NCBI GenBank assembly: GCA_050951585.1
Contig: JBMNJI010000001.1
Location: 40 to 64,039 of the forward strand
DNA from: Peptococcia bacterium
GTDB lineage: Bacteria; Bacillota; Peptococcia; DRI-13; DTU073
Direction: 5' to 3'
DNA: 64,000 bases
Shown: positions 51,808-59,870 of the stretch, one piece after another
How positions within the stretch are numbered: the stretch's first letter is position 1
Layout: each line of letters begins with the position of its first letter
Notes under the pieces: generated by a model
Seen by the model: the letters and a program-made list of their open reading frames with translations, nothing else
The model's database searches: none
What the model was told of the DNA's origin: nothing
Program-made: the position numbers and the translations under genes

Positions 51808-52634
51808 TAGGCATTATCTCCTTTCAGATAAACGGCCCATTCTTCCGGTGTTAGTAGTTTCCGTTTATTCCCCGGCTGCTCGTTAATTTCTACTTTTCTT
51901 TCCCCCTCAATCCAGTCAACCTTAAAATCAAGAGCTTCAGACAAAGCCCGTAAAGGCAAAAGGGTTCGGTTGTTTTCAATAACCGGAGCCACGTCGGAGG
52001 TCTTTAAGTCGTCAATTAAGCCTGTGATTACCCGAAAGTTGTTTTCCCCGATACGAAAGACAATCGTTTTCCCGGCACGGTCCGTCGCGGTTACGGTACG
52101 CTCTTCCTCATTCCATTTTACTTCCGCCTGCACATCCGGATGTTCGAAGATGGCCCGGAGCGGAACCATTGTTCGTCCTTGAATGATGATAGGCTTTTGA
52201 TCAGGAAATTCCACTTGCTTACCATTGATGAAAACAGTAACCTCCGTGGCAATTGGGTCAGGTTGTACAGGATCGTCGGGGAATTGATAGTTCCCGCCCA
52301 CATGCTGGATAACGCCACCGTATTTTGCCCATTTGGTATTTTCAATGGGCACCCCATTGACGTGGGTTATGCGACGAATATCTTTTTGATTTGTAGTCCA
52401 TAAGCCTTTTAACACTATTTCAATTGCTTCATCAACTGTTAATCCAGGATATTCATATATTGCAAAGGTGCCAGTTCCTTTCATTCCATTTGCATGCCAA
52501 AACTCCAAGGTATAATCTGCTATTTTCTCGTAGGAAATTGAATTCTCATACCCAGGCAAGACAGCCCAAGTCTCGGCCGTTCCCGTTATTGTCAAAATAA
52601 AGGCAAACAGTAAGCCTATTGCGGCTTTTTTCAT
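51807..52634 (-). CDS. copper amine oxidase N-domain secreted protein, paralog P3 (full length, coupled to the intact large gene)
   Basis: 275 aa with the same architecture as P1. Its stop and the start of the 959-aa gene overlap as TAATG on the minus strand. Confidence 0.88.
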   Translation of the reverse strand: MKKAAIGLLFAFILTITGTAETWAVLPGYENSISYEKIADYTLEFWHANGMKGTGTFAIYEYPGLTVDEAIEIVLKGLWTTNQKDIRRITHVNGVPIENTKWAKYGGVIQHVGGNYQFPDDPVQPDPIATEVTVFINGKQVEFPDQKPIIIQGRTMVPLRAIFEHPDVQAEVKWNEEERTVTATDRAGKTIVFRIGENNFRVITGLIDDLKTSDVAPVIENNRTLLPLRALSEALDFKVDWIEGERKVEINEQPGNKRKLLTPEEWAVYLKGDNA

Positions 52635-52670
52635 TATGGAATACCCCCTTAAACTGATACTACTTCTACT

Positions 52671-52699
52671 ATTTTACAGAAATATAGTAGTAATTACAA
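52671..52699 (-). promoter_or_regulatory. conserved promoter of P3 and the large gene
   Basis: On the minus strand, TTGTAA, a 17-nt spacer, then TAAAAT, with the conserved UTR and RBS. Confidence 0.55.
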
Positions 52700-52829
52700 C
52701 CTTTTCTAAAATTAGCCATCCTGCAAAAACATTTCCCTTAAACATATTTGCTACCTCATCATCCCGTTTCATTAATCCTTCATTAGTCATGGGTTTTGAG
52801 TCAGTTCCTTAACGACAGGTAAATAATAT

Positions 52830-53120
52830 AATTTTATCAAATCAAGATTATACTAATCACGATTTGATAAGGGCAAAGGAGGCCGGTTTTAGTTGTTCTC
52901 CGGCTTTTCGTTAATCTCTACTTTTCTTTCCCCCTCAATCCAGTCAACCTTAAAATCAAGAGCTTCAGACAAAGCAATTTTATCAAATCAAGATTATACT
53001 AATCACGATTTGATAAGGGCAAAGGAGGCCGGTTTTAGTTGTTCTCCGGCTTTTCGTTAATCTCTACTTTCCTTTCCCCTCAATCCAGTCAACCTTAAAA
53101 TTAAGAGCTTCAGACAAAGC
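52830..53120. repeat. tandem duplication (146 nt + 145 nt) of a chimeric junction: ATPase-gene leader fused to the 3' end of a P gene
   Basis: The unit is aattttatcaaatcaagattatactaatcacgatttgataagggcaaaggaggccggttttagttgttctccggcttttcgttaatctctac...cagacaaagc. It occurs at 52830-52975 and again at 52976-53120 with two small differences. Confidence 0.9.
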
Positions 53121-53807
53121 CCGTAATGGCAGAAGGGTTCGGTTGTTCTCAATAACCGGAGCAACATCGGAGGTCTTTAATTCCTCAATTAAGCCTGTGA
53201 TAACCCGAAAGTTATTTTCCCCGATACGAAAGACGATCGTTTTACCGGCACGATCCGTAGCAGTTACGGTACGCTCTTCCTCATTCCATTTTACTTCCGC
53301 CTGGACATCCGGATGTTCGAAGATGGCCCGGAGCGGCACCATTGTCCGTCCTTGAATGATAATCGGCTTTTGATCAGGAAATTCCACTTGCTTACCATTA
53401 ATGAAAACACTTACTTCAGCAGCAATTGGGACGGGTTCCACAGAATCTTCGGGGAATTGATAATTTCCACCAATATGCTGGATTACACCGCCATATTTTG
53501 CCCATTTGGTGTTCTCTATCGGTTCTCCGTTGACGTGGGTTATGCGGCGAATGTATGTCTCGTTCATTGTCCAACACCCTTTTAACGTTTGTTCGATTAC
53601 TTCATCATTTGTATAACGTGTACTTTTATATATTGGAAAAATTCCTGTTACTTTCATGCCATTAGCATACCAAAACTCCAAGGTATAGTCTGCAATTTTA
53701 TAACTTTCCACCACATCCTCATACCCGGGCAAGACAGCCCAAGTTCCTGTTGTTCCCGCTATTGTCAAAATAAAGGCAAACAGTAAGCCTATTGCGGCTT
53801 TCTTCAT
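53064..53807 (-). CDS. copper amine oxidase N-domain secreted protein, paralog P4 (divergent N-domain, C-terminal frameshift)
   Basis: 247 aa. The segment KVTGIFPIYKSTRYTNDEVIEQTLKGCWTMNETY differs from P1-P3. A 1-nt deletion in the run ctacttt(t)c changes the end to ...WIEGKGK*. Confidence 0.7.
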   Translation of the reverse strand: MKKAAIGLLFAFILTIAGTTGTWAVLPGYEDVVESYKIADYTLEFWYANGMKVTGIFPIYKSTRYTNDEVIEQTLKGCWTMNETYIRRITHVNGEPIENTKWAKYGGVIQHIGGNYQFPEDSVEPVPIAAEVSVFINGKQVEFPDQKPIIIQGRTMVPLRAIFEHPDVQAEVKWNEEERTVTATDRAGKTIVFRIGENNFRVITGLIEELKTSDVAPVIENNRTLLPLRALSEALNFKVDWIEGKGK

Positions 53808-53843
53808 TATGGAATACCCCCTTAAACTGATACTGCTGCTACT

Positions 53844-53872
53844 ATTTTACAGAAATATAGTATTAATTACAA
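53844..53872 (-). promoter_or_regulatory. conserved promoter of P4
   Basis: On the minus strand, TTGTAA, a 17-nt spacer, then TAAAAT. Confidence 0.5.
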
Positions 53873-54054
53873 CCTTTTCTAAAATTAGCCATCACACATT
53901 GAGCGATATATCAGCACCTACTCAGATGAACTGAAAGCAAACGGATATGAATTGCTTAAAGGTAAAAAACTACAGGCATTTATAGCCGCGTATGATGCCA
54001 CATTTGCGACCGACATTAATGTCGGTCACAAAATCCGTTCAAACTATTATAAAT

Positions 54055-54231
54055 CCAGTATGTGCCTGTTCCTGTAATACCATTAGCATACAAGAATTCA
54101 ACAGTATAATCAGCTATTTTATATTGCTTCACCATATCCTCATATCCGGGCAAGACAGCCCAAGTTTCTGCCGTTCCCGCTATTGTTAAAATAAAGGCAA
54201 AAAGTAATCCTATTGCGGCTTTTTTCCCCAA
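54055..54231 (-). pseudogene. 5' fragment of a fifth P paralog (P5)
   Basis: It encodes only (L)GKKAAIGLLFAFILTIAGTAETWAVLPGYEDMVKQYKIADYTVEFLYANGITGTGTY, after which homology stops. ATG is replaced by TTG and the conserved promoter block is absent. Confidence 0.75.
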
Positions 54232-54326
54232 CTTGACTAATATTGGAAGTTTGCTTATAATAAAAATAAAAATGTGATTTTTACACGCAAACTATGTATA
54301 ATAATGTGATTTTGGAGGCGGGGCGT

Positions 54327-55676
54327 ATGGAAAGACTGATTATGAAAAGCCTGCTGGATTGGAAAAAGTCTAATTATCGAAAACCGCTTATTTTAAAAGG
54401 TGTTCGTCAGGTTGGTAAGACATGGCTTCTCAAGGAGTTTGCCAAACATCACTATGGCAACATTGCTTATTTCAACTTTGATGAGCACCCGGAATATAAG
54501 CAGTTTTTTGAAAGTACCAAGGATGTGGAGCGCATTCTGCAAAACTTAATGATGGCCAGCGGGGAAGTGATCAAGCGCGACAGTCCGGAGGATACGCTCA
54601 TTGTTTTTGATGAAATCCAGGAATGCCCCAACGCGCTCAACACGCTGAAATATTTTTGTGAGAACACTCCCCATTATCATGTGGCTTGTGCTGGCTCTCT
54701 CTTAGGGATAGCCTTATCGAAGCCTGCCTCCTTCCCGGTTGGCAAAGTGGACTTCCTGGAAATCCTGCCCATGACCTTTACCGAATTTTTATTGGCCAAT
54801 GGTGACGAAAATCTTGTTGCTTACCTGGACAGCCTCGAAAAAATTGAGCCGATCCCGGAGGCGTTTTTTAATCCCTTGTCTGAAAAGCTGAAAATGTATT
54901 TTGTGACCGGTGGGATGCCAGAATCCGTTCGCTCCTGGACACAAGAGCGCAATGTTGAATTGATGCAGCAGGTCTTATTAAATATCCTCGGAGCGTATGA
55001 GCGTGATTTTGCCAAACACCCCGAGCCCAAGGACTTTCCGAAAATATCGCTGATCTGGAAGTCTATTCCTTCCCAATTGGCCAGAGAAAATAAGAAGTTT
55101 ATCTATAAAGCGGTAAAAGAAGGTGCCAGGGCTAGAGAATACGAAGATGCCCTGCAATGGCTTTGCGATGCCAACCTGACTTATAAAATCTACCGCAGTA
55201 CTGCGCCGGGCCTGCCTCTTTCAGCCTACGATGATTTATCTGCTTTTAAACTATACATGGCGGATGTGGGACTGTTACGCAGGCTGTCCCTCCTGGCACC
55301 TTCAGCCTTTGGCGAGGGCAACAGACTGTTTGTGGAGTTTAAAGGGGCCTTAAGTGAAAACTATGTCCTGCAGGCGTTGCAGCACCAGTTTGAAGCCACG
55401 CCCCGTTATTGGACGATGGAAAATCCAAGGTATGAAGTGGACTTTCTTATTCAAAGGGAAAACGATATTTTACCGGTAGAGGTTAAGGCAGAAAGTAATG
55501 TTGAAAGTCGGAGCTTAAAAAAATACAAGGAAAAATACGGGGATAAGGTAAAGTTGCGCATTCGTTTTTCCTTAAATAACCTGCGCATTGATGAAGATGT
55601 GTTAAACATCCCGCTGTTCATGGCTGATTATGCCGACAAGCTTATCGGGATGGCGCTGGAACAGTTACAAGTTTAA
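54327..55676 (+). CDS. P-loop ATPase, AAA_14 plus DUF4143 family
   Basis: MERLIMKSLLDWKKSNYRKPLILKGVRQVGKTWLLKEF (Walker A) and LIVFDEIQECP (Walker B) are present. The C-terminal ...YEVDFLIQRENDILPVEVKAE... is the restriction-endonuclease-like DUF4143 end. ATG 54327 follows ggagg. Confidence 0.85.
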   Translation: MERLIMKSLLDWKKSNYRKPLILKGVRQVGKTWLLKEFAKHHYGNIAYFNFDEHPEYKQFFESTKDVERILQNLMMASGEVIKRDSPEDTLIVFDEIQECPNALNTLKYFCENTPHYHVACAGSLLGIALSKPASFPVGKVDFLEILPMTFTEFLLANGDENLVAYLDSLEKIEPIPEAFFNPLSEKLKMYFVTGGMPESVRSWTQERNVELMQQVLLNILGAYERDFAKHPEPKDFPKISLIWKSIPSQLARENKKFIYKAVKEGARAREYEDALQWLCDANLTYKIYRSTAPGLPLSAYDDLSAFKLYMADVGLLRRLSLLAPSAFGEGNRLFVEFKGALSENYVLQALQHQFEATPRYWTMENPRYEVDFLIQRENDILPVEVKAESNVESRSLKKYKEKYGDKVKLRIRFSLNNLRIDEDVLNIPLFMADYADKLIGMALEQLQV

Positions 55677-55770
55677 AAATTTGGTGAAACTTTATGAGGT
55701 CTGCTTGCATTTTTTCGGAATCCTCTCATATACATTTAATGAAATGAAAGGTACGTGTGGAGGGGAGAAA

Positions 55771-56028
55771 ATGCAAGAATATATTAGGAAAAGGGTTTTG
55801 GAGGTCTGCCATTATATGCTTGATACGACCGCGACGGTCAGACAAACGGCCACGGTTTTCGGGGTAAGCAAAAGCACCATCCATAAAGATATGACGGAAA
55901 GATTGCCCGTCATTAACAAACAACTGGCCCAGCAGGTCAAATATGTCCTCGAGCAGAACAAAGCGGAAAGACATATCAGAGGCGGGGAGGCTACGCGCAG
56001 AAAATATAAAGAAGCGCAAGAAAATTAG
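55771..56028 (+). CDS. spoIIID: sporulation transcriptional regulator SpoIIID
   Basis: MQEYIRKRVLEVCHYMLDTTATVRQTATVFGVSKSTIHKDMTERLPVINKQLAQQVKYVLEQNKAERHIRGGEATRRKYK closely matches B. subtilis SpoIIID (FGVSKSTVHKDLTERLP...RHLRGGEAT). The ORF-track start 55630 is too far upstream. Confidence 0.93.
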   Translation: MQEYIRKRVLEVCHYMLDTTATVRQTATVFGVSKSTIHKDMTERLPVINKQLAQQVKYVLEQNKAERHIRGGEATRRKYKEAQEN

Positions 56029-56153
56029 CAAGATAATTAATACTTTAATATTTTTAATTGAAAACAGCCAATGAAAAAGAAGGAAATGGAGGTAAATATG
56101 TAGAATAAGGCTGTAAGAATGACAAAATGCGGGCGGGGGCAGGTGGATGTTTT

Positions 56154-57182
56154 ATGCTCTTTAGTTTTGGAGAAGATATCGGAATTGATCTAGGTACGGC
56201 GAGTATTCTTGTTTATGTCAAGAACAAGGGCATTGTTTTAAACGAATCCTCGGTTATTGCCATCGAGAAAAACACCGGACAGTTTATTGCCGTTGGGGAA
56301 GAGGCGCGGCAAATGCTGGGCAGGACCCCCGGGAATATTGTCGCCATAAGGCCCCTGAAGGAAGGCGTTATTGCTGATTATGATGTGACGGAACGGATGC
56401 TCAAATACTTCATCGGCAAAGCGATGGGACGCGGCTTCCTTTACAGACCGCGGGTAATTGTCGGCATTCCTTCTGGTGTTACGGATGTTGAGGAAAGAGC
56501 GGTCAAACAGGCGGCCATTTCCGCCGGGGCCAGGCAGGCCTTTTTAATCGAGGAGCCTTTAGCTGCCGCACTGGGAGCGGGGTTAGAGATTAGCGAGCCC
56601 AATGGCTCCATGGTAGTGGATATTGGCGGCGGCACCACTGATATTGCCGTGTTATCCTTAGGGAGTATTGTGACCTGCAAATCGATCCGCGTTGGCGGGA
56701 ATAAATTAGATGAAGCGCTGACTCGTTATATGCGCCGTTATCACAACCTGATGATTGGGGAAAGAACGGCCGAAGATATGAAAATCCAGATTGGGACTGC
56801 TTATCCTCAGGATAAGGAAGATGAATGGATGGATATTCGGGGTCGGGATCTGGTCAGTGGCTTGCCGCGGACAATCAAGGTGACGGCGGCCGAAGCCTAC
56901 CAGGCCATGAAGGAATTAATTGAGTCGATCTTAGGCGCGACCAAAGAAGTATTGGAAAAAACTCCTCCTGAGTTATCAGCGGATATTATGAACAAAGGAA
57001 TTGTGCTCACCGGGGGGGGAGCGCTTCTGCATGGATTGGACAAGTACCTTTCCGACCATACCAGGTTACCGATTTGCATCGCGGACAATCCGATCCAATG
57101 TGTGGCCATCGGCACAGCCAAAGCGCTGGAAAAGATAGATATGCTGGAGAATGCCCGCTCTTTAAAAATGGTGAGCAGGTAA
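56154..57182 (+). CDS. mbl: rod shape-determining actin homolog (MreB/Mbl family)
   Basis: DIGIDLGTASILVYV...VVDIGGGTTDIAVLSLG...VLTGGGALL. Its position after spoIIID matches B. subtilis mbl. Confidence 0.9.
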   Translation: MLFSFGEDIGIDLGTASILVYVKNKGIVLNESSVIAIEKNTGQFIAVGEEARQMLGRTPGNIVAIRPLKEGVIADYDVTERMLKYFIGKAMGRGFLYRPRVIVGIPSGVTDVEERAVKQAAISAGARQAFLIEEPLAAALGAGLEISEPNGSMVVDIGGGTTDIAVLSLGSIVTCKSIRVGGNKLDEALTRYMRRYHNLMIGERTAEDMKIQIGTAYPQDKEDEWMDIRGRDLVSGLPRTIKVTAAEAYQAMKELIESILGATKEVLEKTPPELSADIMNKGIVLTGGGALLHGLDKYLSDHTRLPICIADNPIQCVAIGTAKALEKIDMLENARSLKMVSR

Positions 57183-57302
57183 AAATCTGCTGAGAATTAG
57201 GCATAGGCATTAAACTTTTCGTAGGAAAATACCGATATTATATGTAGTGAGTAAAAATGGAGCCAAATTGTCTGATGACGAAGGAAAGGAGGTGTGTGGC
57301 AG

Positions 57303-58043
57303 GTGATCAAGGGGCTATATACCAGTGCCCAGGGATTAGCCGCACTCAACCGCCAGCATGAAGCGACGGCGAACAATCTGGCCAATGCCAATACTTCCGG
57401 TTACAAAAGGGACAGGATGGTATCTACGTCTTTCCCGGAGATGCTTTTTTACAGATTGAATGACCCAGCCCAGAACGGGAAGGATATCCCGGTAGGAAAT
57501 ATCTCCATGGGCGTAAGGACCGGGGAAGTATTTACGGACTATAGCGGTGGCGCAAAGCGGCAATCCGATAACCCGTTGGCGGTAGCCATTGAAGGAGACG
57601 GCTTTTTTGTGGTGAATACCCCGCAGGGAGAACGCTATACGAAAAACGGCGAATTTAATGTAGACGCCACCGGCCGGGTAATTACCCATGATGGCCATTT
57701 TCTGCAGGGGCAAAAAGGGGATATTGTACTGACAAACCCCGATTTTCAGGTGGATCGGCAAGGCCGGGTGTTTAGTAACGGAGCCGAGATCGATCGTTTG
57801 CGCATCGTTAGCTTTACGACACCTTTGACGAAGGAAGGGTCGTCTCTTTTCGCCGGGGAAAATCCCGTGGAGATGGCGCAACCGGTTTTATGTCAGGGCT
57901 ATGTGGAAGAGAGCAATGTTCAGCCGGTCGAAGAAATGATCAAGATGATTGAAGTCATGCGTTCGTATGAAGCCAATCAAAAAGTAATGCAGACAATTGA
58001 CGGGACCTTGGACAAGGCTGTTAATGAAGTCGGCAGAGTGTAG
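57303..58043 (+). CDS. flagellar basal-body rod protein (FlgF/FlhO-like)
   Basis: (V)IKGLYTSAQGLAALNRQHEATANNLANANTSGYKRD and the C-terminal GYVEESNVQPVEEMIKMIEVMRSYEANQKV rod-protein motifs are present. GTG 57303 lies 10 nt after ggagg. Confidence 0.88.
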   Translation: MIKGLYTSAQGLAALNRQHEATANNLANANTSGYKRDRMVSTSFPEMLFYRLNDPAQNGKDIPVGNISMGVRTGEVFTDYSGGAKRQSDNPLAVAIEGDGFFVVNTPQGERYTKNGEFNVDATGRVITHDGHFLQGQKGDIVLTNPDFQVDRQGRVFSNGAEIDRLRIVSFTTPLTKEGSSLFAGENPVEMAQPVLCQGYVEESNVQPVEEMIKMIEVMRSYEANQKVMQTIDGTLDKAVNEVGRV

Positions 58044-58142
58044 CAAGCTTAGCAGTGAGAAGCAAGAAGCACATGAAGCAAGAAGTGAGAAGCGTGAGAT
58101 GAGAAGCAGAATGGAATAAGAAGAGATAAGAAGCAAGAAAGA
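58044..58142. repeat. purine-rich degenerate repeats (gagaagcaagaag-like units)
   Basis: caagcttagcagtgagaagcaagaagcacatgaagcaagaagtgagaagcgtgagatgagaagcagaatggaataagaagagataagaagcaagaaag lies directly after the stop of the first rod gene. Confidence 0.75.
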
Positions 58143-58253
58143 GGCTGGCCTGCCTGGCAGGAGCCTCCGAGACTTTCGACCGACAGAGAAAGTCTTAGCT
58201 TATACGATGTTTCTATTGATTGATGAGGAACAAAGAAAAAGGAGGCTAAAAAA

Positions 58254-59084
58254 ATGAATCGTTCGCTTTATATTGCCAGTTCCGGCATGAAGGCGCAGCA
58301 GTTAAATCTGGATATTATCGCTAACAACCTGGCCAATGTGAATACCACGGGGTTTAAAAAGAGCTCCGCTGATTTTCAGTCGCTTTTTTATCAGATTTTA
58401 CAGAGACCAGTGGCCGCCGGAGAAAACGGGATCAACAGGTTGGGGATCGAAGTAGGTACGGGTGTTAAGGTGGCGGCGACCAAGACTATATTTGCAAATG
58501 GTATTTTGGAGCAAACAGGCAACGATCTCGATTTAGCAATTGAGGGTCGTGGCTTTTTTATGGTCGAATTGCCTAACGGGGAGGTAGGTTTCACCAGAGG
58601 GGGTTCTTTACGTGTTGACGGAGAGGGCTTTTTGATGAATCCTGACGGTTGCCGTGTCCTATCTACTCAGGGGAATGTCTCCGCCGAGACTCCCATCAAT
58701 CTCGGGGGCGAGGAATTAAAGTATCTGCAACCGGACACGGACGATATGACGATCAACATCGCCCCGAACGGGGAAATTATCACCGAAAAAGATATTGCCA
58801 CACCCCCGGTTCTTGAATTAGCTTACTTTACCAATCCCGGCGGACTGCAGGCGGTCGGTTCTACTTGCTATGTTCCCACGGCTGCTTGCGGCGAGACCAT
58901 AATTGGTCAGCCCGCCACCGAAAACTTTGGGATTCTCCGTCCCTCCTTCCTGGAAGAATCAAATGTGCAGATTGTTGATGAGATGGTGAAAATGATTATG
59001 GCCCAAAGAGCATATGAGATAGGTTCGAAAGCGATTCAGACCTCCGATGATATGATGGGGTTAACGAATAATCTGAAGCGGTAA
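58254..59084 (+). CDS. flgG: flagellar basal-body rod protein FlgG (FlhP-like)
   Basis: MNRSLYIASSGMKAQQLNLDIIANNLANVNTTGFKKS...LEESNVQIVDEMVKMIMAQRAYEIGSKAIQTSDDM. Confidence 0.9.
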   Translation: MNRSLYIASSGMKAQQLNLDIIANNLANVNTTGFKKSSADFQSLFYQILQRPVAAGENGINRLGIEVGTGVKVAATKTIFANGILEQTGNDLDLAIEGRGFFMVELPNGEVGFTRGGSLRVDGEGFLMNPDGCRVLSTQGNVSAETPINLGGEELKYLQPDTDDMTINIAPNGEIITEKDIATPPVLELAYFTNPGGLQAVGSTCYVPTAACGETIIGQPATENFGILRPSFLEESNVQIVDEMVKMIMAQRAYEIGSKAIQTSDDMMGLTNNLKR

Positions 59085-59124
59085 ACAATTTCCGTAAACT
59101 GCTTTCGGAGGGAGGAGATAGGCC

Positions 59125-59571
59125 ATGACGATTGATCCCCTCATGGGGTTGGGTCAGTCCCTGACAACGAAAACCACCGCCACGTATGCGTCAGAACAGA
59201 ATAACTTTCAGCAGACTCTGGAAAAGATGCAAAAGCTACAAAACCAGCAAAAAAAGCAAAACCAGCCCGTAACCCATCCGGAGCAAGCCGCCGCGGAGGA
59301 GCAAACGGCGGCCGTAGGCGGGTCAAAAACAATGACAGCGGAGGAAGACGCTGCCTTAAAGAAAGCCTGCCAGGAAATCGAGGCGATCTTTATTCAGCAA
59401 ATGCTCAAGCAGATGCGGGCCACTGTGCCCAAGAGCGAGCTGATTCCGGAAAGCAGCGCCAGCAAGCTCTATCAGGATATGTTAGACAGCGAGTACAGCA
59501 AGCTAATGTCCGAGTCATCCCAAAGTTTCGGGATCGCCGATATGTTATATAAGCAACTCAAGGGACGCTAA
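59125..59571 (+). CDS. rod-binding protein (FlgJ N-terminal domain-like)
   Basis: ACQEIEAIFIQQMLKQMRATVPKS...LYQDMLDSEYSKLMS...GIADMLYKQL is the Rod-binding domain pattern. No muramidase domain is present. Confidence 0.8.
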   Translation: MTIDPLMGLGQSLTTKTTATYASEQNNFQQTLEKMQKLQNQQKKQNQPVTHPEQAAAEEQTAAVGGSKTMTAEEDAALKKACQEIEAIFIQQMLKQMRATVPKSELIPESSASKLYQDMLDSEYSKLMSESSQSFGIADMLYKQLKGR

Positions 59572-59652
59572 ACAAAATAGTAAAAAATTGATTGATATGG
59601 TATAATTATTATAGAGAAATGCATATACTCCTTATATTGAGGTGAAGAGTAT

Positions 59653-59868
59653 ATGCGTTATAGGAGAAAGAAGGGTATTAATATGGGTGTGCCGTTAACA
59701 GATGATATCATGCTTAAGGATTTCATAAAACAAAACAAAGAGCAGATTTATGCTTTAGCAAAAAAGAATACTAAACTAAACTCAAATAATCAACCCACAA
59801 TTTCGAAGGATGATCCCTGGTTCAACGAAGATGAATGGGACCAACATTTTAGCAAGGAAAAAAGATAG
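59653..59868 (+). CDS. putative antitoxin of the MazF-like toxin
   Basis: Small ORF of 61-71 aa (alternative start 59683) ending 2 nt before the toxin start. I recognise no family; the call rests on position. Confidence 0.5.
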   Translation: MRYRRKKGINMGVPLTDDIMLKDFIKQNKEQIYALAKKNTKLNSNNQPTISKDDPWFNEDEWDQHFSKEKR

Positions 59869-59870
59869 TA

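Noticed and set aside
53889-54066. Open frame on the plus strand without a start codon (…HIERYISTYSDELKANGYELLKGKKLQAFIAAYDATFATDINVGHKIRS…)
   Set aside because: It reads like a real protein fragment and may be a relic of the gene that truncated P5. It has no start and no recognisable family, and it is only ~60 codons long, so I cannot support it as a feature.
42525-54231. CRISPR array or diversity-generating retroelement as an explanation for the repeats and the variable patch
   Set aside because: The repeats are kilobase-scale gene duplications plus one 146-nt tandem junction, not short repeat-spacer units. No cas genes or reverse transcriptase occur in the window, and there is no template-repeat/variable-repeat pair of the DGR kind. 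I could not test for adenine-specific substitutions by eye.
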